From NCBI GenBank assembly GCA_951406725.2, contig OX597828.1:32054001-32118000 (forward strand): a stretch of 64,000 nt of DNA, read 5' to 3'. Each line of letters begins with the position of its first letter. Positions within the stretch are counted from its first letter, which is position 1. Below are positions 43,783 through 57,066 of the stretch, in pieces. The stretch is from Octopus vulgaris. Lineage: Eukaryota. A model generated the notes under the pieces. The model was given only the letters and a program-made list of their open reading frames with translations. It was not told the DNA's origin and did not search any database. Made by a program: the position numbers and the translations under genes.

Positions 43783-44544
43783 ATATAAAACATAAATCAT
43801 GTGAGCAGTCCTGAATATTACAGAATATCTATTTTCTGTTTTAATTATAGAAAGTTGTTTGATTGCCTACCAATAATTAGCAAAATGTGGTATTCAGCCA
43901 CTTAGCTTAGCTCACTTTTTTCATTCCTTTTAAAGTCAATTAGGCAAAACAAAATAGAGCCGCATACATACAACAATGTTGACTACACACAACATTGTCT
44001 GTTTGTTATGTTATGATACAATTAAATTTATGAGTGCATATACACAGGTACACGCTTACACTCACGCACATACATACACACATACAGACACAGACATATT
44101 TATGCATATATGCATGTGTTTATGTAAGTGTGTATGTATGTATGAGCATTTCTATATGTAGGATGGACAACGAAGTGTCCCTTAAGTAGTAGACATACGT
44201 TACAAAATGGTTGTCAACTACTAGAACGAACATCGATTCCCACACTTGTCTCAGTTTATCACTTTAATATGCACATACATCTACTACATATGAATACATA
44301 TTTGCGAATATATGCGTACACACACACATAGTGTAAATTAGAGAAATTTTCTACCAGTAGCTAGCATGCATAAAATAGTCGTTAGACAACATATTTTTCA
44401 TATAAAAATTAGTGTACATTCATACACAAAGAGGTGATCCTAACAAGACAACTTACATGATAAAAGGAACAGTCAAAGTAACAAACCATGATTAGGAGTA
44501 ATTCCGAAGGGGATGAAAAATAAAACCATTTTCAATAGTTACCA

Positions 44545-44613
44545 CTTGTACCTAGGTTTCGAACATTAATGAGCAAATAAGATAATTTGTTATCCGTGTT
44601 CTTCATCAGCAAG
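44545..44613 (-). ncRNA. Type I hammerhead ribozyme
   Basis: cttg-CTGATGA-a-gaaca...tgttc-GAAA-cctagg-TA-caag; all core nucleotides intact. Confidence 0.85.
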
Positions 44614-44676
44614 GGCGCTAGTAATTAACGTATAATATATATAATGGAAAAAGTACCATGAAGCATTGTGCAGAAT

Positions 44677-45000
44677 ATATTGTATAAAAGATCGTGGTTA
44701 AGGCTAAAACACTGCGAAGTAAATACAAGATAGATCACAAAAAAACAAATATGTGAATTAATGTATACATACATTGTTTTCAATAACTCGGGGCTATGAC
44801 CCCATTTTCAAAGAAATTAAAGAATGTTGCTCATATACGCACATCGGCAACATTCGTCAATTTCTTGAAAATGAGGTCATAACACCGAAATATTGAAAAC
44901 ACTGTAAGTGTACATTAATTCTCATATTTGTCTTCTTGTAATTTACCTTGCATTTACTTCACATTGTTTTGGACCTACCCACGAACTTTTATACGATATA
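44677..45000. repeat. Fold-back with about 155-bp diverged arms at the 5' end of the hammerhead element
   Basis: 44677-44830 pairs with 44847-45000 (aatgttgc/gcaacatt inner stem); ends in (TA)n. Confidence 0.85.
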
Positions 45001-45020
45001 TATATATATATATATATATA

Positions 45021-45246
45021 CCGGAGTAAACACATAAATGTGAAACAAGGTGAAAAAAGAGTACTCAAATACCAGTGGTAGAGTAATATGCTTTATTTAA
45101 AGCAGCAGAAAATTCAACAAAATCTGTTACTCTGAGTTTCTCGTTGCCGTTCATCAGACAGTTTTTCTAGCAAAAACTGTCTGATGAACGGCAACAAGAA
45201 ACTCAGAGTAACAAATTTTGTTGAATTTTCTGCAGCTTTAAATAAA

Positions 45247-45252
<6 letters not shown>
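45021..45252. mobile_element. Mini fold-back element, about 165-bp hairpin, hammerhead on each arm (45124-45161 minus; 45177-45214 plus)
   Basis: ctgt-CTGATGA-acggcaacga-GAAA-ctcagag-TA-acag; arms 45086-45166 and 45172-45252 nearly perfect; (TA)n on both sides. Confidence 0.85.
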
Positions 45253-45294
<42 letters not shown>

Positions 45295-45338
45295 GTAAAT
45301 ATATATGTGTGTGTGTATGTGTGTATGAACATATATAT

Positions 45339-45364
45339 ATTAATATCAATTTCTACCCTTATTC

Positions 45365-45424
<60 letters not shown>

Positions 45425-45450
45425 GAATAAGGGTAGAAATTGATATTAAT
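45339..45450. repeat. 30-bp inverted repeat flanking a (TA)n tract
   Basis: attaatatcaatttctacccttattcaatt ... aattgaataagggtagaaattgatattaat. Confidence 0.9.
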
Positions 45451-45532
45451 GAATTAAAACCAGTTGCTTAGCATATTAAAGAAATCCGAAGATTAAAATA
45501 TTTTTACATACAAAATGTTTGAATACGACAGA

Positions 45533-45607
45533 CTATGCTGATGAGCTTGCAGATTTTCACGTGTGCATATACGTGAATATTAACAAGTGAAACTTATCGG
45601 TACATAG
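45533..45607 (+). ncRNA. Type I hammerhead ribozyme
   Basis: ctatg-CTGATGA-gcttg...caagt-GAAA-cttatcgg-TA-catag. Confidence 0.85.
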
Positions 45608-46139
45608 GTAATCGTTATTATTTCGTATATTTTCGTTTATCTTGCTTATAATTTTTAAACACATTTTTTGCACTTTTTTTGTGCTGAGTTTTTACTTGAG
45701 AACACATTCTTCGTGGAAAATAGCGATTTTGACGTCTATATCTAGCATATTGACCATTCACTTTTAGTGGTCAGTCCTTTAAATTTTGTATATATATATA
45801 TACACATATATTTATATATATTTCATAATATATCTATCTATATAAATGTGTGTGTATCTGCTAATGACGTGTTGAGCACTCATTTCCATCCTTTGACATT
45901 TACAAATATATGATATATAGGTGTGTGTGTGTTTATGCATAAACACATGTATGCATATGTACATACATGATTTCCGATTAAAACTTTGACTCAGCATAAA
46001 CACAATACTTCCTTCAAATTTATCTGCAAGCGAGTAGACAATTCATATAGCTGTTATTAGCCTTTCAGTTATGAGCACAACTTCCAACTTTTGGCAGCCA
46101 GAACCTAAACTTACATTTACATTTACATTCCTACCATTA

Positions 46140-46536
46140 ACGTTTTCTACTCTAGGCAGAAAGCCTGAATTTTAGGGGAGAGAACCAGTAGATTAGATCG
46201 ACCCCAGGGCATAACTAGTACTTGATTTATTGACCCCGAAAGGATGAGAGGCAAAGTCCACGTCGGTGGAATTTGAATACAGAACGTAACGGCAGACGAA
46301 ATTCCTATTTCTTTACTACCCACAATTGACTAAACACAGAGAGGACAAACAAGGACAGACAACCGGATAAAGTCGATTATATCGACCCCAGTGCGTCACT
46401 GGTACTGAATTTATCGACCCCGAAAGGAAAAAGGCAGAGTCGACCTCGGCGGAATTTGAACTCAGAAATTAACCGCAGACGAATTACCGCTAAGTATTTC
46501 GCCCGGCGTGCTAACGATTCTGCCAGCTCGCCGCCA
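46140..46536 (-). mobile_element. Head-to-tail dimer of Nin-domain SINE
   Basis: Full unit 46304-46536 (ggcggcgagctggcagaatcgttagcacgccgggcgaa), then headless unit 46140-46303 with a different tail. Confidence 0.85.
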
Positions 46537-46834
46537 TACATTCCTACTAACAATATTGTTATAGTAATATATGTTGGTAAACAAAAGCATCACAGCATAT
46601 TAAAGTTTCAATTCTAACCAATGAAAAGCAAAGGTTAAGTCAGATTGGAAGTTGAGTACGAGGGAGAGGAAGAGCAAATATCTGCAAGCATTTCTTCCAG
46701 TTTCATATTCTAACACTTATCTTAGACGTCAGCCCAAAGTTCAATAATGGCGATTGTGTTTCTATTTTATAAACTAGGTCCCTCATTTTTTTAAAAGAAT
46801 ACCTATAGTTATAATGTGAATGTCGCAAACATAA

Positions 46835-46955
<121 letters not shown>

Positions 46956-47984
46956 CATATATACATAGATAGATAAATACATATACATACATACACTTAA
47001 ATACATATATACACACATATATGTGTGTATATATATTTATACACTCACACACATACGCACACAATATATATGTTTGTGTTTGGGTGTGTGTGTGTTGTGT
47101 GTGTGTATATGTGTGTGTGTATGTGTGTGTATACATTTACTTGCAGCATACATATGTTTTGTTTCATCGAAATGGGGAAAATGGATATTTAACTATATCT
47201 AATTAAAGTAGAAATTGATACGAAAAGTGAAAATTGCAGTTTTCAATTTTTAGCTAAATTCGTGTCAAAAGAATTGTTCAAATTTAAATCAATATTTTTC
47301 ATTTTCCCCTTCTTTTCTGCTTCTGTATTTTATTATTATTTTCCTTTTTTTTTTTTGTAGAATTTCACTATTTAGAGCAACATTTCTGTTGATTGAGATA
47401 TGAAGTCTATGCATTGATTTGCTTTCTCTCACCTAATATTTTGGCGATTATTCTTTTTTTTAGTTTCGTAAATATAGTAAAATATGAAATTTTATCGAGA
47501 ATCATGTTGACGTGTATATATATTTCGCTTTTCAAAAGCAGCGAAGCATTTTAAACATCAAAATTGATTAAGCTGCCATTAATATTTGGTGATAATGCAT
47601 AGTGACATTTGGGAATTTATTGAAGAAAGGAACATTTCCACCAGTTTTCCTCTCACATTAGATTAGATTCTTTCTGTGAGATATTTTCTCGCTGTTTTCT
47701 TTCCTTACTCATATATTCTCATTAAACGTTGTCCTTAACTAGACTATTAAACGGAATTTGTCAGGAAAAATATTTGTACAGTCAAATATGCAAAACACGC
47801 ATTTTTCGGAACAATCAATACCCACAGCACTACTAAATCCTACTTTTAGTCAAACATGTTTATTCAGTATATTTTTGCCTGCAGTTCGTATTCTTCGATT
47901 GCAATACTGTTTTATTGTGCCTTGGATATTTTCAGTTGAGTTGCAACAAATTAGAGATTCTTAGATTAGAAGACTAAAAGAGAC

Positions 47985-48083
47985 AATAACAACAACAACA
48001 TGAGTAATAGTAACAATATGGACCATAATAATAATAACGACCATAATAATAATAACGACAATAGTAATAATAATAATATTATT

Positions 48084-48151
<68 letters not shown>

Positions 48152-48162
48152 TAATAATGATA
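47985..48162. repeat. (AAT/AAC)n microsatellite
   Basis: Directly visible. Confidence 0.9.
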
Positions 48163-50815
48163 CTAATTTAGGGAAACAAATAATAACTGAAACTTCATTA
48201 TCAGGTGAAGTACTAAGTTTATTATATGTCCTAGTATGGTTCCTTCCTTTAACAAATTTGACGGGAACCTGCAAACAGTTACGGCTCTAAACGACAACTG
48301 CGTGTTTTTTTTATTTAGTGATTGATCAACTTAAGTTTGCAGATATATGTTTAAATGCATTTCATCTCTAACGATAACATACTGGTATATGTTTTTTTCT
48401 GTGTGTTAAGAAGGTAGGTTGTTTTGTAAGAGAAAATTCGCCGCTATACTTAGCGGTTTAACCCGTAACTTATGTCCAACATGCCTCGCATGACTATGAA
48501 TTACCTTGAATCTCTTACCTAAGATATTTTCTGTAGAATTAGGGAGCATGCGAATTGAAATTCGTGTATAGCTCTCTGATCTGATCGAAAACAGAAAAGT
48601 ACCAAGGATGAGAATAGTTAACCAGCATTTTCATCTGCTTATAAAGCAAAGATGGATACCTTTGTGATTGAATCGCAGATGAGGTGTGCAGCATTGATAG
48701 TCCTTGTTTTATATTCAAATAATATCATAAAGAACCGCAACCGTTGCTGGGTTTATCTTGATCACGCTTCTTTGGGCTCTAAAATGATAAAATATTAAAA
48801 TATTATTATTACACGTCTAGTTCTTTATTTCTCTGTTCCAGTCCCTGGATTTCTGCCCCTCACCCTTGCAAAAGATGCTAACCCTCTTCTTCGTAAACGG
48901 ATTAATCAATAAAAATAACCTTCGAAGCGTTGAATAAATACAACTCAGTTAAATACTGGTAATTTACTTTAACGAGATCTGAGGAATGAAAAATATCAAT
49001 ATATTCTCATAAAAATAGTTTTTTATACTAGTTCATTCAGAGGAAGTTTCGTTTCCAAGAATATAATCTAGAGTACTAAACCTGAAGAAAATGGAGACTT
49101 AGAAAAGGAGAATGCATATATTAGAGGGAGAATCTGTCAGAGGCCAAGTGGTGGGTTAGTGATCAGCAATATTTCAAATCTGAAGTAAAGCCAATGCATT
49201 GAGATATCGTATTGTTTCCCTTTCTTCAGTTTTAGTCACAAAGTTTACATGACGCAAACTATGCAAAACTATTGCACAAAGGATGTCGCTACAAAATAAC
49301 TTAACACATTCATTTTTTTTAGTTCGCACAAATCGTATATTACTAAATGAAAGTTTTTTTTCGCAATGGATGTAAATAAAGTCGGAGATAAATCAACCTC
49401 CCTCGTCATCATTGTTAAGATAACTAACATCACCAACATTTGAAACATTTAGCCGAATGAATTGTGTACAGAACAAATAGATACATTTTCTTCTTTTTTC
49501 TAATAGTGGAATACAGTACACATCTCATAAACTTCGTCGATTCTTAATAATATATTTCATGAAACATTTATAGCTTTCTTCAATAAAAACACCGTGAAGA
49601 ACGCATACACACACACACACTCTACAAACCAGAACATATTTATTATGTGCGAACAATTCAGAAATGGATGTTGTGTCATGTTTATTCTTCTTGCCATGTT
49701 AGTGTTTTGGGAGCAATGATTTTAGATTACTAAGTAAATTAAGTGCTCTCAATGTTCCTCACTCATATTCATGTGTCTTTCTTTTATTTTTTTTTTTACC
49801 ATACGCTGCAAAACTGGAATCTTATTTTAGTAGTCGGCATTATATCAATAGTAAACGTGGTTAATGGTTTTATGTTGTTCGTTCCATGTTGATGGTGTTA
49901 TAAGCTTTAATTACATCAAACTTTTTTTTCAAGTAATTGTAATAATATAATTCTGATCTGCACGTAAAACTTTCTTTTCTACCGCACCAACAATAATATC
50001 CATTCAAAATACCATTCCTTGCTCCTTTTCACACACTGAACTCCAGCAGTTATAAAACATCAACAGAAATTGAAAACATTGCAAAGAAAAGCTACAGTAA
50101 TAAAAAGTTACTGCCTCTCTAGTGTATACGAATGAATACGTGCTCCTTGTGTGTATGTGACTGTGTTTGTTTCTTTGCACAATGAAAGATATAACTACAT
50201 CGGAGCATTGTCGTGTTTAAAGGTGACGTGATTACAAACTAACAATAGATAATGTTTTATATACTAGACATACGAGTAATTTTGTTGGGTTGTAACAGCT
50301 TATTTAATCGTCTATAGTATATAGCTAGTAATTAGTTTATGGCACAGACAGATATAATCTGAAGCTGAAGGTGAAATGTTTCAATTGCAAAATGTGGTAT
50401 ACCGAGTAGTATAATTTCTATACTTCACTACCATTAGAGTAAAAAGAAAACATCCGTTGTTACCACCGTAACAAGATCGGTAAAAATCTAGGTCGACAAC
50501 ACACTTTTTTTGCTGGTCTGTCTCGTATGTTGTTGTAAAATGGTTCAGTCACAGAATCCTTTTAGATAACGTCTATAGTAATCAATACAGAGGGCGTGAT
50601 ATATTCGTTTATAAATAATAGCTTATCGTCTTTAAAAACTGCTTCCCTCGTAAACTTTTCTCCTAACGCCATGCGAATAGATAACCTTTGTTGTCGATGT
50701 ACAAAAACGTATATCGAGGATCACATTTATATATAACTCACCCACACACATATACACACACACACACACGCACACACGCGCACAGACACACGCACGCTCA
50801 CACACACATATGTTT

Positions 50816-50873
<58 letters not shown>

Positions 50874-51866
50874 ATATTTATTCTATATATACATGCAGGC
50901 ACACATATGCATGCGGAATAAATGAACTTTAGGTTAATCAAAATAGGTTTGTGACATATTTTAATATCTAAAGGTGAATTAACTACAGTTACAGGGCAGT
51001 TATCTAGACATAATTTGTTCTTTACTCAAACTGCATTGAATTTGTATTTAGGAGTTAACATATGCCACAGCCATATTCTAACTAACGTTAAAAGGGAAAG
51101 CGGGTGAGATAAAGAGAGGGAGAGAGAGAGAGTAGAATATGGATGTGTATGCATGAATGCGTAAGTATATTTATGTACGTGTATAGCCACCTATATATAT
51201 CTCTAAACCCACTAATAGATATATAGCGTGCCATCCTTTCATCTAGATGAACACCATTAAATATAACAAGTAAATGAATTGCGAAATAAATTCCCATGCA
51301 AGCAGCTGAATGTTCCACATATACGTGCATTCATGATGCAATTCTCAAGTCAAGCCTTCGCAGAACAACTGTTTGATGCAGGAATTTTTAATATGTGGTG
51401 TAAACCAAAAAGAGCAAGAGATGGGATAACTTACATATTCTTTAAATGTTCTGAGTGTCCGTATTCGAAGGTCAAATATAACTCAAGTTAAATTCGCATC
51501 TCATACTTTTGGATCGACAATTCTGTTACCACCCAGAATTGTTAGAACACTGTAGATGATGGGGTATAGACGCACTGAGTATCAGCTTTGTGGAATTTCC
51601 TGGATGTCTTTGCATGTCCTTACGTTCATTATCACTATTATTTATTATTCGAGTTTATGACACGAATGGCTACAGTAGCCTTTAAATACGGTCGTGTGTA
51701 ATTTGAGGGAGATCGCACACTCTATTTCTTGCAATGCCTTCGATGAGGCTTGCTCATTGTCAAACGGTAATACATGTGATGTGTTCGGGCCACTTAACTA
51801 TAGACCTAGGATTTCAATTCAGTACAGATACGTTTTTATGAACTCTATATCTTTTTGTTTTCCTAG

Positions 51867-51965
51867 AATGTGAATAACATTAGAGACCATTGCCCAGATA
51901 AGTGCTATTGTACCACTCATCAGAATCAGCGTTATATTTCTATCATTATTGTTTTAACAATTCAG
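51867..51965 (+). other. Candidate isolated 99-nt exon
   Basis: Pyrimidine tract+CTAG acceptor, CAG|GTAAGA donor, open frame NVNNIRDHCPDKCYCTTHQNQRYISIIIVLTIQ. Confidence 0.25.
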
Positions 51966-53054
51966 GTAAGATAAGAGGCTTATGTGATTTCGGCATATCG
52001 ATTTGTACACGCTTTGCTAATATTTGGGTGTAAATATCGATTTGCAATGAAACATTTTACGAACATGATACACACATACCTCGTCTAATATAACTGCAAA
52101 TATATTTTTGCATCCTAATTATTCAGTGTTACAGATAACAATGCGACTCATACCAACAGTTGATAACATGCAAACTATTGATTTTCTATTTCAGATAAAT
52201 CAGTTATTCTCTCCGTTATCATTCACGCCTGATGACCCAAACTTTTTGATAAGGGTTTCTGAAGTTGAATATTTCGGAGCAATAAAATATCACACACTGG
52301 TATGAGATAGAAAATGAGTGCGAGTTATGTGAAATGAGTACATAATATAATTTTCTTTGAAGACACATATAATATAAACCATGGGGATACATCAATTGAT
52401 TTTATAGTTATGGCTACGTTCGGAAGTGGACGATAGAGCAATGATGAGTTAAGCTATGGAGGCACCTTACGTTAGAAGGTTTGCATAGATGGATATGATT
52501 TTCTAAATATTCTCCTGAATGTGCCTTTGATCAGGTATGCTGAATAATTCTGTATAATAAGTCTTACATTAATCAAAGACGTCATAGTATCCTGAGCGTC
52601 AGTGAATAGCTTCCTCCTCCCCTTTCTCATCCTACTCCTCCTTCGAATCTTTCATAATTCCCGCTTACTTAATATCAGCACGGATAAAAATAATTAATAA
52701 TTCTGATTTAACATTCAAGGCTAGGCATTTAGTTCCTTCATTGATACTTTATTTTAACGACCCAGGTAATGATAATCTGGCCTTGCACCTAAAGTAGTGC
52801 TAAAACTTACTTTAATTGATATTAGTATTCATTAAGTGGAATGTTATATATTAACAGCAATAGCCACCGTCTTTTATCTGTGACTCATCTATCGCGTTCG
52901 TGGTCGCTGTCCTGATAAAGTCCGCATCGACAGACTCGGAATTGACTTCCATATCTAGCACTCTACGTCTACAACGGATTCTTTTCCAAGGAGACCAGTG
53001 CAGTAAATAGGTAAATATTTTAATCTAGAGGTGAATCTATTACATAATTTTCAT

Positions 53055-53105
<51 letters not shown>

Positions 53106-53129
53106 ATAGTACAATACAATAGTATTACT

Positions 53130-54037
53130 TTCCAGTAAAACGAAACATCAAAACACCGTACGGTTAAAGTATTAACATAGAATAGTGGTACAGAAGTGCA
53201 ACAATATTTACTGAAAATAGCAGTCGATAATATGCGACGCTATAGTAAAAGCTTCACTGTATATATATACAGTGTTCATAAAAATGATCGTATTAATTTT
53301 AGGAAGACCATTAGATAAATGTACAACCCAGATGTGAATAATCTAGAACCTAGGTTTCGAACAAACCAAAATACGTTTGTTAACGTAAATTTAATTAGTT
53401 CTCCTCAGCTAGATTCACCGAGACAAAATCTTTTAATGTTGCTACATCAGTACCAGTATACTTGCCTGAACGCCTAGCCGTTGATAGAATCAAGAACAGT
53501 GAAAAAGGTTTCAAAGGAAAAATATTAAATACTGCAATATTGCTTTCCTATACAACAAAGCACCATAGCGTTAAAGTATTAATATAGAACAGTTGTACAA
53601 CAATGCACCAATATTTATTGGAATTTACAGTCGATAATATACGACGCTATAGTAAATCTTCACTGCACATATACTGGCATAAATGTTTGCGGGTGGCGAA
53701 TATAAGAAATTTCAACTTACCTGAGGGAGGAACATTAGATAAATGTACAAACTAGATGTAGCAACATTAAGACTTGTGTCTAGGTGAACATAGCTGAAGG
53801 GGAACTAATCAAATTTCTGTTAACAAACAAATTTGAGAGAGTTCAAAACTTAGGTTCTAGATCACCAAAATCTGGGTTGTACATTTATCTAATGTTCTTC
53901 CTACAGGTAAGAAGAAATGTTTTATGTTCACCCATCGCAAATATCTTTACCGGCATATATATACAATGAAGCTTTACTATAGTGTCGTATATTATCGACT
54001 GCTATTTCCTGTAAATATTGGTGCATTGTTATACCAA

Positions 54038-54041
<4 letters not shown>
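53130..54041. mobile_element. Non-coding PLE-type array: two direct copies plus one inverted copy of a 200-290-bp hammerhead repeat
   Basis: 53155-53420 and 53561-53760 direct; 53783-54041 inverted; (TA)n on both sides. Confidence 0.85.
53340..53415 (-). ncRNA. Type I hammerhead ribozyme
   Basis: aatctag-CTGAGGA-gaac...gttc-GAAA-cctagg-TT-ctagatt; decayed plus-strand copy at 53791-53860. Confidence 0.85.
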
Positions 54042-54117
<76 letters not shown>

Positions 54118-54121
54118 GTAT

Positions 54122-54348
54122 AAAGGCAAGATGGCAGAAAATCGTTAGCATGCCGGGCAAAATGTTCACCACCATTTCGCCCGTCGATAAGTTTTAAGTT
54201 CAAATACCGCAGTTATCAACGTTGCCGTTCATCGTTTTGGGTTTGAGGGTTTCATATAATGTATACCACCAGTTGTGCACTAGAGTCGATGAAATCAGCT
54301 GATCACCTTCCTCGAAATTGGTGACTTTATGCCAAACTTTGAAGCAAT
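54122..54348 (+). mobile_element. Decayed Nin-domain SINE
   Basis: tggcagaaaatcgttagcatgccgggcaaaatg...agttcaaataccgc. Confidence 0.6.
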
Positions 54349-54349
54349 A

Positions 54350-54440
<91 letters not shown>

Positions 54441-54469
54441 CGAGAAAGAAGCAACAAGAATGGATAGGT

Positions 54470-54560
54470 TTTTAGTACAATCGTTTCATACAAGGACAGG
54501 CTTTATTAAAAGTTGAAAAAATTACAGCATATAAACGTGTCCTGTACTCATCAGCTAAAA
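54470..54560 (-). ncRNA. Type I hammerhead ribozyme (inverted pLTR copy)
   Basis: Reverse complement of 56976-57066. Confidence 0.85.
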
Positions 54561-55137
54561 TACATGTGAGTTCTCTAGACATCCTATTGGTTGAGGCTAT
54601 ACTCATGAAGTAGATAATTATGTAACATAAACAGATTTCCAAAGTTCATTAAAGTTCTTTAAAGATGATGTACAGTCTTATCACAGAATTTTAAAAAAGT
54701 TTTAACAGCATCACAGAGAAGGTGACCTAATCCATAGTGCACATATGAATTTCCAGAGATATGATGAGGAATTACATACTCACAGACGACAAATTTATCC
54801 ATTGTTAATCACAACGAGGTGGGTCTCAATTCCTGCTTATTAGCATTATAGAGAGGGTGAATTAATCCTTTGTATGGATGCACAATTTCCAATGGTGTAG
54901 ATGTAAATTTCCAGAGAAATGAAGAGGAATTTCATATTCACAGGCGATAAATTTATCAATGGTTGAACACAATGAGGTAGGTATCAATTCTTATTATATG
55001 ATTAGGTATTTGCCACATTAATCACATTACTGCTATTTACAAGAGGCTGTAGCTATTTAACTTTTAATGGCTGAAGGGCTTTCTAGAGAGGCAAAGAATA
55101 GAAAAGGGGAGGGAATAGAAGAAAAGAGAGAAAATAT

Positions 55138-55524
55138 GGTCTATGTGGGGAAAATAATGTAATCTATAAATGTACCATATCCACGGAGAATAACAAATAT
55201 TTTTACATTGGATGTACAATTAATTTTCTTTCTAGAGTTAGAAATCACATCTCGTCTTTTAAATTACGTCATAAAGCTGGTACCACCACACTTTCAAACA
55301 AAATCTGGGAACTCAAAAATAATAATAATAATTATAACCTTAATTGGGAAATAGTTAGGAGAGCAATTCCGTACAAAAATAGTAGGGTTGGTTGCCAACT
55401 ATGCTCCATGGAGACGTATGAAATTCTAAAGCATAGAAAACATAGAAACTTATTGAATAACCATATCGAACTAGGTCAAGTTTGTGTCCACGCTAAATTG
55501 AAGACTTTAAAATATTATAAATGA
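55138..55524 (+). CDS. Start-less, uninterrupted 128-aa GIY-YIG endonuclease C-terminus of a PLE (not in ORF track)
   Basis: GLCGENNVIYKCTISTENNKYFYIGCTINFLSRVRNHISSFK..TTLSNKIWELK..NWEIVRRAIPY..CQLCSMETYEI..LLNNHIELGQVCVH..*. Confidence 0.9.
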   Translation, partial: GLCGENNVIYKCTISTENNKYFYIGCTINFLSRVRNHISSFKLRHKAGTTTLSNKIWELKNNNNNYNLNWEIVRRAIPYKNSRVGCQLCSMETYEILKHRKHRNLLNNHIELGQVCVHAKLKTLKYYK

Positions 55525-56975
55525 TTAGAATATTCGTAACTAGATAGATAGATATAACTTGATTTCTACTAGTATAACACTGCTTTAAGTAGATAACTAA
55601 GAGTTCTCACACTACAGTTATCTTTTTCCTTATATCTGCATCAGTTTTTTTTGAGAACAGGGAAATGAATAGTACTTATACGCTGCTTAATTGAGGCTTT
55701 ATTTAATTTCAAACTCATAATTTTAAATTCTTACTTTTAAATCTTAATTGTAATTTGTAATTTTAATTCCTAACTTAATCTAATTTAAGTAGCATAACTC
55801 TAATAAAATAAAATGAGTTACTATAGCCCCATAATTCTATTTCAAAATTAAATAAATAAGGCTACTCCCTCGGTGATAATATGATTATCTTCATTATGAT
55901 AGACAATCCCCTAACACCTTGTAAATGATCTGCTAAGATTTGACCTGTAGTCCGTCAATGTATGAATAATAAAGGCAACTCCTTAAGACAATATAATGAA
56001 TAAATTAAATAAGCAAACTTTAATGACTTTTTGATAAGATTATACTTAGATTTTCCTAATGTATTTTCTTTTGATTTTAGCATCTGACCCCTAAACCCCT
56101 GACTGTGTTATCTCTTTAGATTCTCTTTAAATTCATAGCTGATTTCAACAGCAATAAATTAGCTGTTTTACTGGTCAAAGAATAATATTCTCCTCTAGTT
56201 CCTAGATGCCTGTAAATTAAAACCAGACTTGCCGTCTGCTAATTCTTCTGTATAACTAGAACCCTCTTTTTTTCTTTTTCTTTTTTCCCTTCTTTCCCTA
56301 TTTCTTTCTTTTTTTCTTTTTTTTCTTCTTCCTATTCTCTTTTTTCCTTTTCTATTCTCTTTTAGTCCCTCTCCCCCACTTTTTCGCTCCCTCCTCCTTT
56401 ATTTTCTCTCTTTTCTTCTATTCCCTCCCCTTTTCTATTCTTTGCCTCTCTAGAAAGCCCTTCAGCCTTTAAAAGTTAAATAGCTACAGCCTCTTGTAAA
56501 TAGCAGTAATGTGATTAATGTGGCAAATACCTAATCATATAACAAGAATTGATACCTACCTCATTGTGTTCAACCATTGATAAATTTATCGCCTGTGAAT
56601 ATGAAATTCCTCTTCATTTCTCTGGAAATTTACATCTACACCATTGGAAATTGTGCATCCATACAAAGGATTAATTCACCCTCTCTATAATGCTAATAAG
56701 CAGGAATTGAGACCCACCTCGTTGTGATTAACAATGGATAAATTTGTCGTCTGTGAGTATGTAATTCCTCATCATATCTCTGGAAATTCATATGTGCACT
56801 ATGGATTAGGTCACCTTCTCTGTGATGCTGTTAAAACTTTTTTAAAATTCTGTGATAAGACTGTACATCATCTTTAAAGAACTTTAATGAACTTTGGAAA
56901 TCTGTTTATGTTACATAATTATCTACTTCATGAGTATAGCCTCAACCAATAGGATGTCTAGAGAACTCACATGTA

Positions 56976-57066
56976 TTTTAGCTGATGAGTACAGGACACG
57001 TTTATATGCTGTAATTTTTTCAACTTTTAATAAAGCCTGTCCTTGTATGAAACGATTGTACTAAAA
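56976..57066 (+). ncRNA. Type I hammerhead ribozyme
   Basis: ttttag-CTGATGA-gtacaggaca...tgtccttgtat-GAAA-cgattg-TA-ctaaaa. Confidence 0.88.
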
